Shown here: in pieces, positions 39,756 to 54,195 of the stretch
How the letters are laid out: each line of letters begins with the position of its first letter
Position numbering within the stretch: position 1 is the stretch's first letter
Source: Orbicella franksi
Lineage: Eukaryota
Assembly: GCA_964199315.1 (NCBI GenBank)
Contig: OZ116698.1
Coordinates: 30,194,001 to 30,258,000 of the forward strand
Reading direction: 5' to 3'
DNA: 64,000 nucleotides
Notes under the pieces: model-generated
The model's input: the letters and a program-made list of their open reading frames with translations, nothing else
What the model was told of the DNA's origin: nothing
Database searches by the model: none
Made by a program: the position numbers and the translations under genes

Positions 39756-42499
39756 TTTTCTCAGCAAAGATTCGCCAACATATTCTTGACAAACTGCCTT
39801 AGTTCAAAAAAGGCAGCCCAGCTAAGTTCGACGTAGATCTTTAAGATATACTCGTGGAAATTCTCGGCAATGTTGGCTGTCTGTTTACAATGCAGTATTT
39901 ACAACTGAGCCACATGTAATTGGCTGGCTCGGTGAAACAGATGTCTTGCAAATTTTATTTACCTTAGCGGAATTGCTATTGGTTCTTTCATTAGCTACAC
40001 TGCTTTTCTTGGAGAATGAAAGACTGCGGGAAAACAGAAAAAAAGAATTAGTCACATGAGGGTTGATCTCAGCATTAGTATTTTTAATTATTTTCCCTAG
40101 AAAATCAAGGAAAATTATTGGCTAAATTTGAGCCGTTTCTCGTGTTTAATTTATTTCTGAACACACACGACTGCATACGATTTTCGTAACTGGCCCTGTA
40201 TTTGTTCTCACCATTTTATCAAGTCCATGAAAGTGTTTCCACATTGTCCTCGGCTTTCTCAAGAGCTTCGTTTGTAGGAATTTTCCGAACGTTTATATAG
40301 GAGAAGCCATGCAAAATACACAAGGCGGCGGTGAAATATCCGAACAGGTGACGACAACCTAAAACAATCAACAACATGCTGAGAAACTCACCAAAACAAG
40401 AAGGCGTTTTTCACAGCACCAGAAAATATGTAGTTCGCCTAATTCCAGTAAATAAAATTGTTTCAAATTAAATAATTTTTTCATATCTCTGCAACTTCAG
40501 CAGTGTATATGTAGTTACCCTTTCTAGTTGTGAACAGTTTCTGAGGTATCAAGATAGGTATAAAACGGCTTATAAAATTAGTTTACTCTTCACGTTGGTC
40601 GAAGCAGTTTCCTCAACGCCTGAAAAGTTCTCTAACAGACTGTTCGAAAGGTTCCATGAAACATCGAATTTAGTAGCAATATCGAATTTAGCAAACATCG
40701 AATTTAGCGGCAATAACAACTACAATGTTATTTAGAGAGAACGATAATAATTTAAAACAATCTCCCGCTGGTTGGAGATATCTGCCAGTATTCGTATGAA
40801 AAAAAGTAAAACGAATTGCAACAGAACTCATTACTGAACAGAGAAATAACTTCGATAACCATAAATTTAAAAGAGGAGCTTTCTCTTGGATCACATGAGG
40901 TTTTTGTCGTATCCACGATATTATCAACAATAATTTGCCACTTTTTGACCAAATTTATAACACTATTTCATTATAACTTGAAATGCAAAGGAGCTTGATT
41001 TTTGAAACGTTTCGCAAAGCAAGATTTTGAACTTTCCAATTTAAAGCCGGTGAAATTTGGAGCGGGTTTTTTAACCCTTTGAAACTGAAATACCGTTTTT
41101 AAGCGTTTAGTAAGGTTTTTTAGCTGCCATGACGCTAAATAAGCCTAAGTTTTGCTAAAAAGGCTTTTTTTTTACTAAGAGTAGAGATTTTTCGAGGACT
41201 AGGTACAAAATTGAGCAAACCTTCAAGTCCAGGCATGCGCATAATCCAATTTTTTTTTTTTGCTATTAACCGTTCTCAATTTCATTTGTTGGCCCTTTCC
41301 TTTCTGTTTTTCTCGTCCCTTTTTCACTGGCTACTTTTTGCATAGTATGTTCTTTCTGGTTGCAGTGAAAAGTTGGATGTTAATTACGGGCGAAGTCTAG
41401 AAATGGACCTTGAGCAATCATAGGCGTTGTGGACCATTTTACCACCGTTTTTGCACCAAAACTGATAACGTTGTTTTTCGATTTGCGACGTCGGAATGTC
41501 GTCGATATTTAAACCTGACCATTGTGCGGAAAGGGCTAGCCTAGCACTACTATCTGCTTATCAAGAATATCTGATGACATTTAAATTGATGACGTTACAA
41601 GTGGTACAAAGAGCACGACCATTAATTAGCATATATGCGTAGTTGGTATTCAAAGGGTCAACCAAAAATGTATGAAATCCTTCATCGAGCCAAATTTTGC
41701 TCGTTAGAGACTGAAAATGGTCAATTGGACCGATCCATGGCGAAAAAGAAAGTTTTGGAGAAAATTTGTGCTTTTCTTTAATTAAGCTTCCTCGATTCAT
41801 TTTGTCTTGCTCTTCTTTTTTATTATTATGCTTTAACCCACCGTGGTTTTAATAACTTGTTTGCGTCATTAGAACGTGTTCTTGTGAGGTTCCTCTTGGA
41901 ATGGAGTAAAATATTTATAGCCGGAAACACTCATGAGTTTTGCTTCGAAACCTTGATGTAGAAACCTTCTTGGCTTCGTACGCGAGTACGTCTGCAATTT
42001 CTAGCAAAGCACTAGGTGGGAGGGGAGGGCGGGGGTCGGCACACAAGAAGGGAAAAGTCCCCGAGAGTATTCTCTGCGACAAGTCCCTTGAAGAGTTTAC
42101 ACGAGGGAACTGGTTGTGGGACTCCTCCCTCGTAGCGATCACGCGCGGGGACTAACTGCACAGGAATATAGTAAAAACTAGGGGGAAATGGCAGCATTCT
42201 TTCATTCTGCGGCTTTCCCAATTTGAAATCGATATTATTAAACTTAAATTAACAAATTTAGCATTTAAATAAATCAGCGCAATACAATAAAATAAAGATT
42301 GTTCAGCCAAATTATCCAGAGCTTCTTTTATGTGATTTCCAGGTAACAGAGTTGTCAATGTTGTTTTCGTAAAATTCTATCAGAATTCTCGAGGTAGTAA
42401 CTCTCTAAGCTGTTTCTTCGACATCAATGCTGTCATCCCCAGCCGAGTGGCTAGGCACCATCTCGAAATAGAAAGCGCACGGAATTATGGGGGCTTATC

Positions 42500-42722
42500 A
42501 TGCAGGTCTGTGATTGGTTTATTTCAATTTGGTCGCAGGGACTTGTCCCACGAGCACTTTACAAGATGGGTTTTGAGGGACAAGTCACAGGGACCGAATT
42601 TGGTCCCCGGGGCTAGACTGATTTTTTGACAAAAACGGGTAGTTCACACGATGAGATCTCTCCCGGGGCCTTGTAGCAGGGATTAGTCTTAGGGACTAGT
42701 CCCCTCGTGTGTACGAACCTTA
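42500..42722. mobile_element. Truncated Harbinger-type MITE
   Basis: GGGACT/AGTCCC subrepeats; ends GGGACTAGTCCCCTCGTGTGTACGAACC|TTA. Only one terminus is visible. Confidence 0.5.
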
Positions 42723-43552
42723 GCCCAAATCAAAACAACTCGAAGCTACCCGACAGTACTCGGAGTGTGTGCACTGTTTTAACTGTTTTACTAATAAAAA
42801 TCCGCAAGAATTATTATGGGCTTATCGTCTAAATGGAAGGGGTACACGGGAAAATATTTGACTCTGGGTCATGGCTTAGGGACCGAGTAAAGTGGGGTTT
42901 GTGCAATTTCCAGTCCGACTTGACGTAACGCGGCAGAAAGGATCTTTTTTACCTTGATTTTGTAAATTAGGAAGTTGTAAAGATACCTCGATAAAGGTTA
43001 TAAATTGCGCGTGCTAATCACACTACTGATGTACGTGGTCTTCTCGACAGGCTAACGTCAGCCAGAACGCCAGTGTTACTACTTTCTCTCAGGATTAGAA
43101 AAGTTAAGGACGTCATTGTCACTTCATCTTGACGAGAATGTATACCCAAATTGGGGCCTTTTCGTTTCAAAGATGAAAATTTCTGCCCCACCCCCTTTTT
43201 GCAGCAGGTTTTGTCTTCTTGGTAAGCGTTTATTAAAGTAGCTTTGATAATATTATCAAATGCGCAAGATTTCGACCCTCAAAAACGGTCATCGCATATT
43301 GAGAGAGAAACAAAAAATGCGTGGCTAAACAATGTTGAATGGAGAGAAATGAAAGGGTAAAAAACTTGAACAGATTAAGACCCGTCGAACAAAACCAACT
43401 CGTGTTTATCTTTATTGATGTTCTTCATGATGATTATTGTTCTGAACATCGCTGTATACCTATAATACACATTTAAACACTATTCACACCACACCTTCTT
43501 TTCTGAACCACACTTATTCAGCTCTGTTTGATTTGGTTTAGTTTTGTTTTTG

Positions 43553-43690
43553 TCAGGTTGTTGTGGCAACCTGAAGAACATTGGGGGGAGGGAGGGTGGG
43601 GGAATCCTGCGATGGACCAGCATCCCACCTTAGGAGGGGGGGAGTTGAAGTAGAAATACTACTAAGAGTAAATTCATCAGCTTCCGCAGG
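43553..43690 (+). mobile_element. SINE 3' fragment
   Basis: CCTGCGATGGACCAGCATCCCAC...GTAGAAATACTACTA matches the 3' half of the copy at 60301. Confidence 0.6.
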
Positions 43691-44542
43691 GAGCAGAATA
43701 AGTAGGTTTCCATAGACAGGAATATACAAGTTGTAATCTTCATACAATCTAGTTACCAGTCCTATCGCTTCGAGCAAAGATGTACTCAAGGGATGCAAAG
43801 ACTGATGGCCGTTGCTTCTTGACAGTTCATTAGCCCTCTGGAGAGAACAAGCAAAGACAGATAATAGAATAAATGGTCTTTGTCCATTCCTAATCCGCAC
43901 CGTTAAATCAACCAAGCTAAGGAATCTGAAAGTCCATCTCATCCCTTCTATTAAAGTTTCTTTTTCTTGAATTCCTGTTTTGTCTTCGAGTTTTGATCTC
44001 TTTAGTTGAGCTGGCTGCACACTTCCTTGTCAATGAAGAATTTCTACATTAATATTGCATCTCTGTCTACGTTTCACATCAGTTGTACTTTTAACTAGTT
44101 TACTGGGGTTTTTTTTATGAAGCAGCACATTTGGTAGCTTGTCCATAAAACTGGCAGAGATGAATTAATATATGACTTACACCGCATGTCATTGGTTGAG
44201 ATCTTTAAAAGGTCATCTTGAACAATTAACGTCTTTGCACGGCCCCATAGTGTCGTGCGACTCTTCATAAGTTAAGGAAGCGATTGAGTACAAGCGCACG
44301 AGTTAAGGACCAGGTGTGACTGTCCACCTCAAGGAGGTGTCATCTCAGGGAGGTGTCCGACTAAGATAGGTGTCCACCTTAAGAGAATTTTCTCAGAAAA
44401 GAGTTGTCCGCCTTAAGGTAGATGAAGAGAGTCAGTGGCTGCAACAACGAGGACCTACCGGCTTTTTGCGACTTCGCTTTAGAGAGCCGTCCCGGCGTAG
44501 AATGAGACAGCAGTATCGAAATTCCCACATTCATAGTTTGAT

Positions 44543-47500
44543 CTAGTTAAGGTTCTCACTTGGAGCTGAAAATAAAACGCTGAGACAGTTGAACACAACA
44601 AGAAACAGAACAATCCACATGAACAATCGATTAAGCACCTGAGCGGCAAAACGCCATTCCTCCTTGTGCCGCTCTTTCTCGTCGTCTTTCTTAGTTCTTT
44701 CTGCAAGAATGTCTAAAGCTTCGGATTGCTTCAAACCCTGATTAAATCTTTTTCGTACAGTCGGATTTCGATCGTCTAACTTCTTCAACTGGATCGACAC
44801 CGTAGATGCCGACCCAGGCGGATGTGCATGATTCGCGTTTACAAACGGGTTTGTAGCAACAGGCTCTGCGCTTTCCTCGCTGTAGAGCCTCTCTCCCAGC
44901 GAATGTCTCCTCATGTTCCGGTTTTTAAGGAAGCGCTTCGCGGGGAGGCATGATTCGTTTTTGCTTCCGTTGCGCTTCACGCGTAACGCGTTTGCGCACC
45001 ACTGGCAAATAAAAAGTCGCACCCAGGCCGGCAGGGGCGTGGGCGCGTGATGGTGAAACGTGAGTACAATGCACGTGAAAACGATTGAGATGAAAACGTT
45101 TATCATTGTAAGCGTGTAGTAGCGTGAAATGAGTGGCACCACTTCCGAAGTGGCCGGAAGCTCTTCGGCTAATAACAGCAGTATCACAGTTAACGACAGT
45201 AGCACAGTCACACCCACGTTCATCCTCTCCCCGGACTCCACAGGTAGAAAAAATCCCAGGATTGTCAAAGCGGACATTAGGACACAGGGAGTCAAGAAGT
45301 TTAGAATGTAATACATGGTCCGACGGCGGATTATAATATTGTAGGTGATGAATGGATAAGGCTCCGGACAGCAACGATACTTGGTGATAAACTTGGTCAC
45401 AGGCATCCCGACTAGAACCCATTCTCCGTTATCGGTGAAAGCGTCAGTGTCGCCTGGTCCACTGTGGTATATGTCCAGACTCAGACCGTGATATGACCAC
45501 GAGCCAAACTTTAGGATACATTTCTGGAAAAAAAAGTGGGCGGTAAGAAAGAAATAGCATTTAAATATAAAAAAGTCGACTTCGTTTTTGAGCATGCATT
45601 CACGAACGTGGTTTCTAACCAGAAATATCTCTGAACCTTGTTTTCTTACTGTTGTTCTTGCTGTTGTTTTAGGACTAGGGGAATTGTTTTTATTGTTTGT
45701 TCTATTGTCCTCTCAAAGCCATTCATGTGAGACCTTACAAGAGCTGCTATATGACCCTCTGAACCTTGCTCTTCTGATACTTACAGAGCTAGGCTGCCAG
45801 AAAATCTCGGTTCGAAATCAAAATTTTAATTCGAATGGTTCTTTCTCCATTCGTGCGGAACACCAACAACTGACCATAAGTAGCATTAGTGCTAACTTCC
45901 GATCAGATTATTTTGGAGAAAACTTTACCACCATTCAGTGGTAACTCCAGCCTCATTTTTCTAGCAAATGGTAAGCCATCCAGGCCTTAAAAACGATTCT
46001 GAGTCACAGTGGATGTCGCCATATTTATAATGTCTTCACATACCTGATCGTCGAATGGAAAATACGTCACATCAATCGTACATGAACTTTTGAATATCGT
46101 TGGGTAGAACCAGCCTACATTTCCATTGGAGTTAATAGTGAGCCCATAATATTCCTCTTTCTCTTTGTCATAGTTGTCGTTAGCACTTTGAAAAGGAAAA
46201 AAAATATAAGAGTCAGCATTTTGATTTATCGACTAAATCTTCGATGGAATGGATGTAACAGAGAACTTAAATCAGATCACGGGATTCTTGGGCACTACAA
46301 GTAAACTATATAGTGCCCGTAGTCACATATTTAACAAAGAAATCATTGATATTATGAATATAAAAATGTAATAATGAATTGCGGCTGGGAAATAGAGTTC
46401 CCCAGTTTTACAGAACCCTAATAAGGCGCAAAAAAAGTCGAGCTTTAACGAAATTCCAACCTTTAACTTTAACTTATGTTATGCTAATTCAAAAGCTCTA
46501 CTATAAGCCAAAGAGCAACTACACGTTACGACTCAATTGCGAATTTTTAAAGTAATATATCAAACACGAGAAACCGATTTTTATCACATTTCCAAACACC
46601 GTGAGGAGAGTTGAAAAGACGACGCGCAGCGCGGAGTATTTTTGACTGACGAACTTTGAGAAGTTTGGAATGTGGTTAAAAACAGTCTTGAGTGTTTGAT
46701 TTATCTTCTCAATCGAGACTAGAACTAAAAAAAACGGAGAAATAAAATCGTGAAAATCTGCACTAGGGACCAGATATCCAAACACCGTGACTGAGTTATG
46801 ACAACTTGATGAATTATTTTAGAGTTTGAGAATGTAATATACCGACATGTAGTTCCTAAATATTCATTCACCCATTCTATATTCATTCAACGTACTAAGT
46901 GTTTAGCATCTCTTTTAATTCTAGTTCTGAGTGTTGAGACTGGTCAGCGCGTGAGTATGGCAAAGTAAGTGAAAATATGTGAAAATACAATGATTTGTTT
47001 CACGCTCACTTGTTATACAAAGTGATATCTGGAAGCCACACTTTCTTCGATGACGTCACAAACGACCGTATTGCTCCGTAATGGGAAATGTTCCATTTCA
47101 GTCTGAAGTCGTTCCAGTACTGAAACAAAGAAGACCAATCGTTATTATAGAGATTTATAGGATTGATCGTGACTGAGTGGAAACATACGCTCGTAGAAAT
47201 ACATCGTCGCATCTGGAAACTATCGAGTGTAAACCCAGAGAAACTATGCGCGTTGCAGCTCTTTGAAAAGTCTTTTCAAGTTCTCCCCAAAATTCTGCCT
47301 CCTCAGTTTTCCAAGGAACCCGTATAACTATTCAGTCTATTACTTAAATTAACTAACTAATGATTATTTACAGGGAACCGTGACGGGATACGGGGCTGTA
47401 GAGTGAGAGGGAGGCACCCCTCTCACCTTGTAGTACCTTAGGGAGTTTTGCGCTCTGCTCAACTGAAGATAGGATTCCAGGATTAATCATGGCTTTGCAA

Positions 47501-50500
47501 TGCCAGAAAAAGGAGAGGAATTGTTCCAGGTATGTAGGGCAACAGTTTTCATTTCTCAGTACATTAATACCCGAGGTGGTCGTTACTTAAAATCCAATGT
47601 ATTTGTTTTAAGAACTGCGGATCATCATTTCAACGTTGTACACACGCTTCCAGGAATATTGAGGAATTCTTTTCAGCTTAGCGGCTATGTGGTCGCCATG
47701 GTTACTTACCAGCCTCACCCACACAATGGTCGTCATAGTTTGCAGTCTCTCGTCCTGCAAAATACCAGCATAGTAAAGGACATCATGAGTGCCAAAGGAA
47801 GATAAGCTTGGTCTTCTCCGTGAGCATTTATTTTCACATTTGCTCAGAAAAACGTACAACATTGGTAAATGGAAAAACAGTTTGTTTACTACAATCCAGA
47901 GGATTTGGCCGAGTTTTCATGACCACCATGGTCGTAAAAGCACAGTTAATACGAGGACACCACTTTTGAAAGGCGCTATTCTACGAAAAGCTCTTAATAT
48001 GCAAGGAAGGAACATTTGTTGTGAAAAGTGTACTTTTGAAAACATTTTTATAAGTATACCCTAATTTTATTTCTTAACGATTTACATTACTCTTGGTTTT
48101 TTTTTTTTTCCAATTTTGCAATCTGTGTATATCTATCTAGTATATATCTATCTATTTCAGTTTTCTAGCTTTAGGAAGGCCTTCATGTAGACTACAGGGT
48201 CAATAATAATTGATGTTTTACCCTTGTTGACCTTGTGAAATAAATTCTTATTATTTTTATACAAACAGAGCTCTTCAAAAGGAACACGATGTTTCAAATG
48301 GTGCAAAAACAACATTTATTTGCATCACAAAAAAACGAGAAGACATAAAAAAAAGAATATTTGCATCGGACTACATATGGTTATGATTACGTATACATTA
48401 GTAATGTAAAGAGAAGTTGGAAAACTAAAACGTTTCAGTCAAACTTTGGCTCATTACCCACTTGGGCTGACGGATCGTTCTTGGAAAGCGCTGCTTAGTT
48501 TAACACGTTTCTACTAGGGCCTACTAGGTGGTTAATTAACACCCGAATCGTTTAAACAGTCAGTCACAAATTCCGCACTCTGTCTACTATAAGAGTCCAA
48601 GGAAACGCCATAGTAAAGTACAGGATGGACCAGGTAGCGGGTCAACCCCACCCACCCCCCTTCCCCGACCCCCGTGTGCGGCGTGAAAAGTAACTTCAAT
48701 CTATGTCGAAAAGATAAGCTACTTGCTTAAAGTTATGTAAAACATATCACATAGATGTCTTTTAAATAGCACTAAACTCTCTTTCACGGATAGTACCCCA
48801 TCGACGTCAGACTGCAAAAATGCCCAGCATCTGTTTGGGGGTCGGGACGACTTATTGCCTGTGAGTGGTCTTAAGACATTTTTAAGTCAGGAACACCATG
48901 ATAGTTTCAATGATAATGTAATGTTCTTAAACATGCGGCCCGTTTATGACTTGCTATTGTAATTTTTACTTTATAATTCCTGACAGAGAATGGCCGGCCT
49001 AGGTTTTTTCTACATATCCTACTGGGCTTCTATGCACTTCTATCCGATGTTTTTCAGATCGGTTCACACGGGAGGCGGGGGGCATCCTGAAACGACTACG
49101 TTAAGTTAAAAAGTTTGCAACATTTGTAAAACTGTAAAATATACTTTGCGAGAATTCCCAATTGTGTGTAATTTACCAGAGAATCTGAGAACTGGGTTTG
49201 GCTTACGTGTAGAACATGATCCGTATTGGGTGTTATATATCGTAAAATTTTGATACAAGGCATTCATTGTAAAGCAGAGGCTTCTGTTGTAAAGTGATTT
49301 TCTTTAACAAGAATAGCCCTGCAAGTCGATTTAGTAGGTTGATAATTAACCCGAAGCTGAGCTTCGTGACGTTGAAATTCTCAGACATTTAAAATTCAAG
49401 ATTGGCAGTCCCACGACACAGCAGGGTTAATGATAGTGATTACCATAAAGATACTCTTCCAGCACCTACAGGAAATATGAAAACTATCTATTATTTATAC
49501 ACACTCACGCCACCGAAAAACAAAATACTGATGAAACCCAAGCAATACTCTACTTTTTTTTTTTCCTTTCCGTTTTGCCTTACGGAATTATTTCGTGACA
49601 GCCAATCACCAGTTTTTCTTCCGGGGGTATATTCCAGCTTCCATGGCTTTGATTTAGATTTAAAATTTTTATGAGGAGAAACTTCTTTACTATGTTTTGA
49701 GTAAGCAAAGTAATTTAATTAAAGTCTTACAGCAGCAAACATGAAATGAATACCATATGCTTTTTCAGAGAAATACAAGAGAATCATATTTGAAACAAGG
49801 CTCATTTGCTCCGACGCAAAAAGGATCGCAAAGGCACTTGACGTCTATCTAAGCCAAAAACGTGAGACAACCTTCAGGATCGAACCAAACCGTAACAAGC
49901 AAAGGTGTGTAACTTAACAGGATTAAGAAGAACTGTGGAACTCACCAAATCAATAATTTGGTTGAGAGCTAAATCAAATGTGACATTGACTGCAGCAGTT
50001 TTTTCTTCCTGTGGAATGATGTTTGTACTGTAGTTGGAGAATAAATCTTTTTGGAGTCTTTCCAAGTCACTGTAGTGCTGTTTACTTGCAGCTGCAAAAA
50101 AAGAATAAGTATTTTTGGTCAACAATCTGTAAACTCGGGAGTATTAGTATTAAAGAACACCAGTCGCATGTTATAAAAAATTAAAACTGCATAATTTTCG
50201 TGAAGTCGAGTTAGGTCACTCTAAAAAAGAACGTTTTTTTTTTTTTCACTTACTCAAAAGTATTTTGCTTGTACAATGATATGAAAAGGTTTCATTCAAT
50301 GGCAAAATGACAAAGCGATAAATTCTGCCGGAACTCATAAACAGTGATTATTGCAATCTTTCAGTTCTTGTAAGGCAATTAAACCCGAGTTTGAATGCCT
50401 TCATTCTTGCTGTCTTTTACCTGAAAAACGTTTTCAATTAGAAAACGGAGGTGGAGACATAGAGGTTTCATTTTGAAGAAATTCTGCAACAAAATGACCG

Positions 50501-50694
50501 ATGTATTTGGGTTATCAAGCTTCAAAACACTCGAGCTTAATATGTAAATTCACCAGAATTTCAACTTTATACTGCAACAGAACATCGCCTTAACGTTTTT
50601 TAACCAAAAGTTCAAAAAACTAAATTTCTAGCTTACCTATTAAATTAAGGCAAAACAGCAGGCACGGAACGAGTTTTTCCAACGACCGGTACAT
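44543..50694 (-). CDS. Nicotinic acetylcholine receptor alpha-type subunit (alpha7/9/10-like), paralog B, 493 aa
   Basis: Exons 50694-50637 (signal peptide), 50091-49946, 47754-47710, 47119-47010, 46185-46044, 45523-44543 (1482 nt). Motifs: [24 protein letters not shown], Cys-loop [15 protein letters not shown], loop [11 protein letters not shown]2 [17 protein letters not shown] possible 5'UTR exon has a donor near 50906. Confidence 0.95.
46549..46835. mobile_element. Interspersed MITE-like repeat, copy 2
   Basis: Similar to 20036-20340. Confidence 0.8.
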
Positions 50695-53600
50695 TCTTGT
50701 GAAACCGAGCTCTCAACACAGATGATAAACACACAACAAGCGGTGAAAACCCAATATTTTATCAGCGGCAGGAAATGTCAATAAAAGCAAAGCTGATATC
50801 GTTTGCTAAATCCTTCCCGAGCAGTGCTTCGTCGTTGCCCCGGCGAGAATCAACCAGAGCATTGTCAAAACCGTCCGAGGCAACAACGACATCAAATGTT
50901 ACTTACGTTGATTTTTGAGAACACAATTTCCTCGCGAGAAACTACGTGTATTGTGGTCGTGTGCACAGACGGCCTAACAATTAATTAATAATTGCATGGA
51001 AATTAACGAGCTCACCTAGCTTTCTGATTTAGTGAATTTGGTAAACAACTTTTCACGCTCTCTATAAACAAGGAAACCCCCGAGATTTAGAGATATCGTT
51101 TGACATATTTCGGCTGATCCAGACCGTGGAACTGATCATCTGCAGTAAGCAACAACGGAAAAAGAAGTATCTAATCCCGACAAAGAAAATGACTCTCTAC
51201 TTAAAAAAATTACTTTTATGCGTTCATCGGTTGTTCCCAGGAAATGCATTTATTCCAGTGTAATATAAAGAACTCGTGTGAGGCTATTTTAGAGGTTTTC
51301 TGATTTACATTTTTATTACTAGAAATTTGCCTTGTGGGTGAGCTGATACTGAAACCATTAGTTCGAAAGTTGGAACATCCAATTTTGTCCTTCGTCTTTG
51401 CCATGCATCCAAGAAAGTATGGAGTTGTAGAACAAACGTTTCAGTTTTTCTCGTTTTTTTTTTCATTTCCTAGTCGTTAATTAAACGGTAGACAACAACA
51501 ATGCCGCTGATAGACGAGTTTATATGTGTCATATTATCTCCCAGTTAATAAGCTTAAGTCATTAGTCCTGTAGGAATTAATAGCGGACTTGTTCTCTCAC
51601 CTTTGGCTTAATTGTTAAGCCTGCTTAACCAGTGCCGCGAGTCCGTTTCAAATACAGACACAACAGCTTCGATATGCATCACGTGGTTGGTACATTTACC
51701 CGTATCACATGGCAAACAGGCCTATGATTGATTCCTGGACGGTCCGAACTTGACTCTCTACGGATGGCCTTTTTTTGCAAAGATCACGCCGAAAAAAAAC
51801 GATTTCCTCCTACAGGATAATGCTTTCTTCTTAAGAGGCCTTTTCTTCCGTTGTGTATTGGGGACGAAACTTCATATCTTTTACGAAAGTAGCTTTAAAA
51901 GATTTATATGTTTGACTTTATCATGTGCGTTTTTAAAGCCGGAATGATTTTTTTATTCATTGTAAAGAAAGCTTTAGTACATACTGAAGAACACAACAAC
52001 ATACTAGAGAAGACAAAATTTTGTTTTTGCTTTTGGGGGAGTGGAGGTTCTCGCTTTTGTCTAATTGACTTACATCTATATGAATCAAATCACGTTTAAC
52101 CGTTGACCCTGTAGTGCTGGAAAACGTTAAGTCCACCATCGAAACTCGGCCTTGTAGCCTTACAACTACGCTTAACGCCAACCTTCACTTCAACTTCACT
52201 TAATTTTGCACTTAAATTTTGAAATTACAATATTAGCATAAAAAAAAAAAGAAAAACCCTGATCTTGAGACGACAAGCCCCATGAAAGGAATAAAAGCGC
52301 AATCTCTATGCCTCGCTACTATGGTGCGAAGAAGGCCTTTATGCTCTAAGGATGCGGAAAGAACAGCCATGTAATGACTATAGTATTAACAAAGTGACAA
52401 AAATCCGGGGATAAAAAAAACTTTCATTATTTGCCTTATATGTAGTATTGCCTTTTCTTTTGTATGATGTACGTTCGACCGTGTTTGTGGCCGACTCGCT
52501 AGAGTTTAACCCCTCTACATTAAGCTATATTTGTTAGGAAGTTGGAGAAGTTCTCAATTCTTTGTCAAGATAGATTGCCTTGAAAATTTCTTCTTCTAAA
52601 ATCTCGCCTTCTCCTCGAGTTTACACAAATCTTCGACCTTTAATTAAATTCACTCGCGTTATGTTATGGTTAATTTTTGCAGTATAAATTGACAGCAAAA
52701 AGAAAAAAAGAGAGTTTTTATGTTAAATTTCTAACATTTGTCTAAGGCTCCCTTTCAAACTATTAAAATGCAGACTTAAACCCTAAATACAAATTATCCA
52801 GAAACATCCAAAGCAAAACATCCTGAGGCTTAGCATTACATCACTTAATACAGATAACTCAATTTTTCTTTAAACTTTTTTCCTTTTTGTCTAGGTATTT
52901 AAACGAGTACCCTTGAGCTTTCATAAAGAGAAAAGACCTCGTGCGATTAACAATAATCTGATTGCGCGATAATGCATTTGTTTGTGATATTGGGTGGATC
53001 ATAAAAAAAGACCAGATCTGCGGCTTCACAAAGCATTTCCTCGTATCTACAGAAATCCAGTCACAAGGAGGAAAACTTGTATTTTGAATTTTGAATCCGG
53101 GCTGAACTTGAATTTGGTCAGTTTCATGGGTTCCCTGGCGTGCGCGTCAATGGGGTGTGCCAACAAAATTTGATAAGATTAGTACTATCACGGCAAAATC
53201 TGATTAACCTTTGCGGTTCACGGAAATTTACTGCCAGACTCAACAGACTGGGGCGTTTCCCTTGAAAAACTTTTATCTTGAATCCAACATGAAAGATCGA
53301 GAACATTTTCTTTCATTTAGGATGCTTCCAGTACCCACGTTTTATTTGATTAATTTTATTTTTTAGTTTCGACTATCGTAAAAAAGTACCGCCAACTAAT
53401 CGGTTTTTTTTTTTGCAAGTCAGGTGATTTCAAAACTAATCATTCTTTCCCATGCTTTTCGCAGCGACATCCCGTCTCTGAGTTACTGAGCTTAATTTGC
53501 AAAACGTTTTCCACGCTAATAGCAGCCAAAGTAGGCCTCGGAGTTTTGTTACGCACTTTATGTAAAGCTAGAGGAATAGTATAAGGTTGTCTTTTTCCCC

Positions 53601-54031
53601 AACCAAAAATGAATTACAATTACTTACATGTACTTGGTAAGAAATAATATCCGTGACGATAAGTTAGTTAAAAGCTTTTACCTAAATCAACGAAGAAATA
53701 AAAACATAGTTCCTCAGTGACCCAATGATCAGCTGCCATCTTCAATTTCATGACGTCGCATAGTTATTTCCCGGCCAGGCGGCAAAGTGCGACAAAGAGC
53801 CGTATTATCTTCCTCGCGTCTTAGTCCAACTTAATCTTAAGCATCATCAGGTTAGCGTTTCATATCTTGTTTCTCTTTGCAGCGATGATATTTTTTCTTT
53901 GTTTTGGTCTCTACATCACAAATCCCTGACGTAGCAAACTGATATTGTGAAATGTTTACCGGGTAGATCACACGCGAGGGTATTGCCACGCAATGATGTC
54001 ATCATCCTACGACAGAGTATGGAAGAGAAAG

Positions 54032-54195
54032 CAATGGCCGCTGAATCCAGGATTTTTCTTAGGGGGGTGTACACCACTAAGGAATGGCGTAACTGACTGG
54101 TGAGGTAAACAAATTTTAAAAGCGAAGGCTTCATCTCGGGGGGCGGGGGGGGTTGGGAGTGCGCACCCCCTGCACCCTCCCCTTAGATCCCTGGG
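54032..54195. mobile_element. Short MITE (hAT-like), degraded termini
   Basis: ATCCAGGATTTTTCTTAGGGGGGTG...GTGCGCACCCCCTGCACCCTCCCCTTAGATCC, with GGATCC/GATCC inverted ends. Confidence 0.5.

Noticed and set aside
44925-45422. 165-aa ORF and neighbouring antisense ORFs
   Set aside because: Alternative-frame shadows of the nAChR B last exon.
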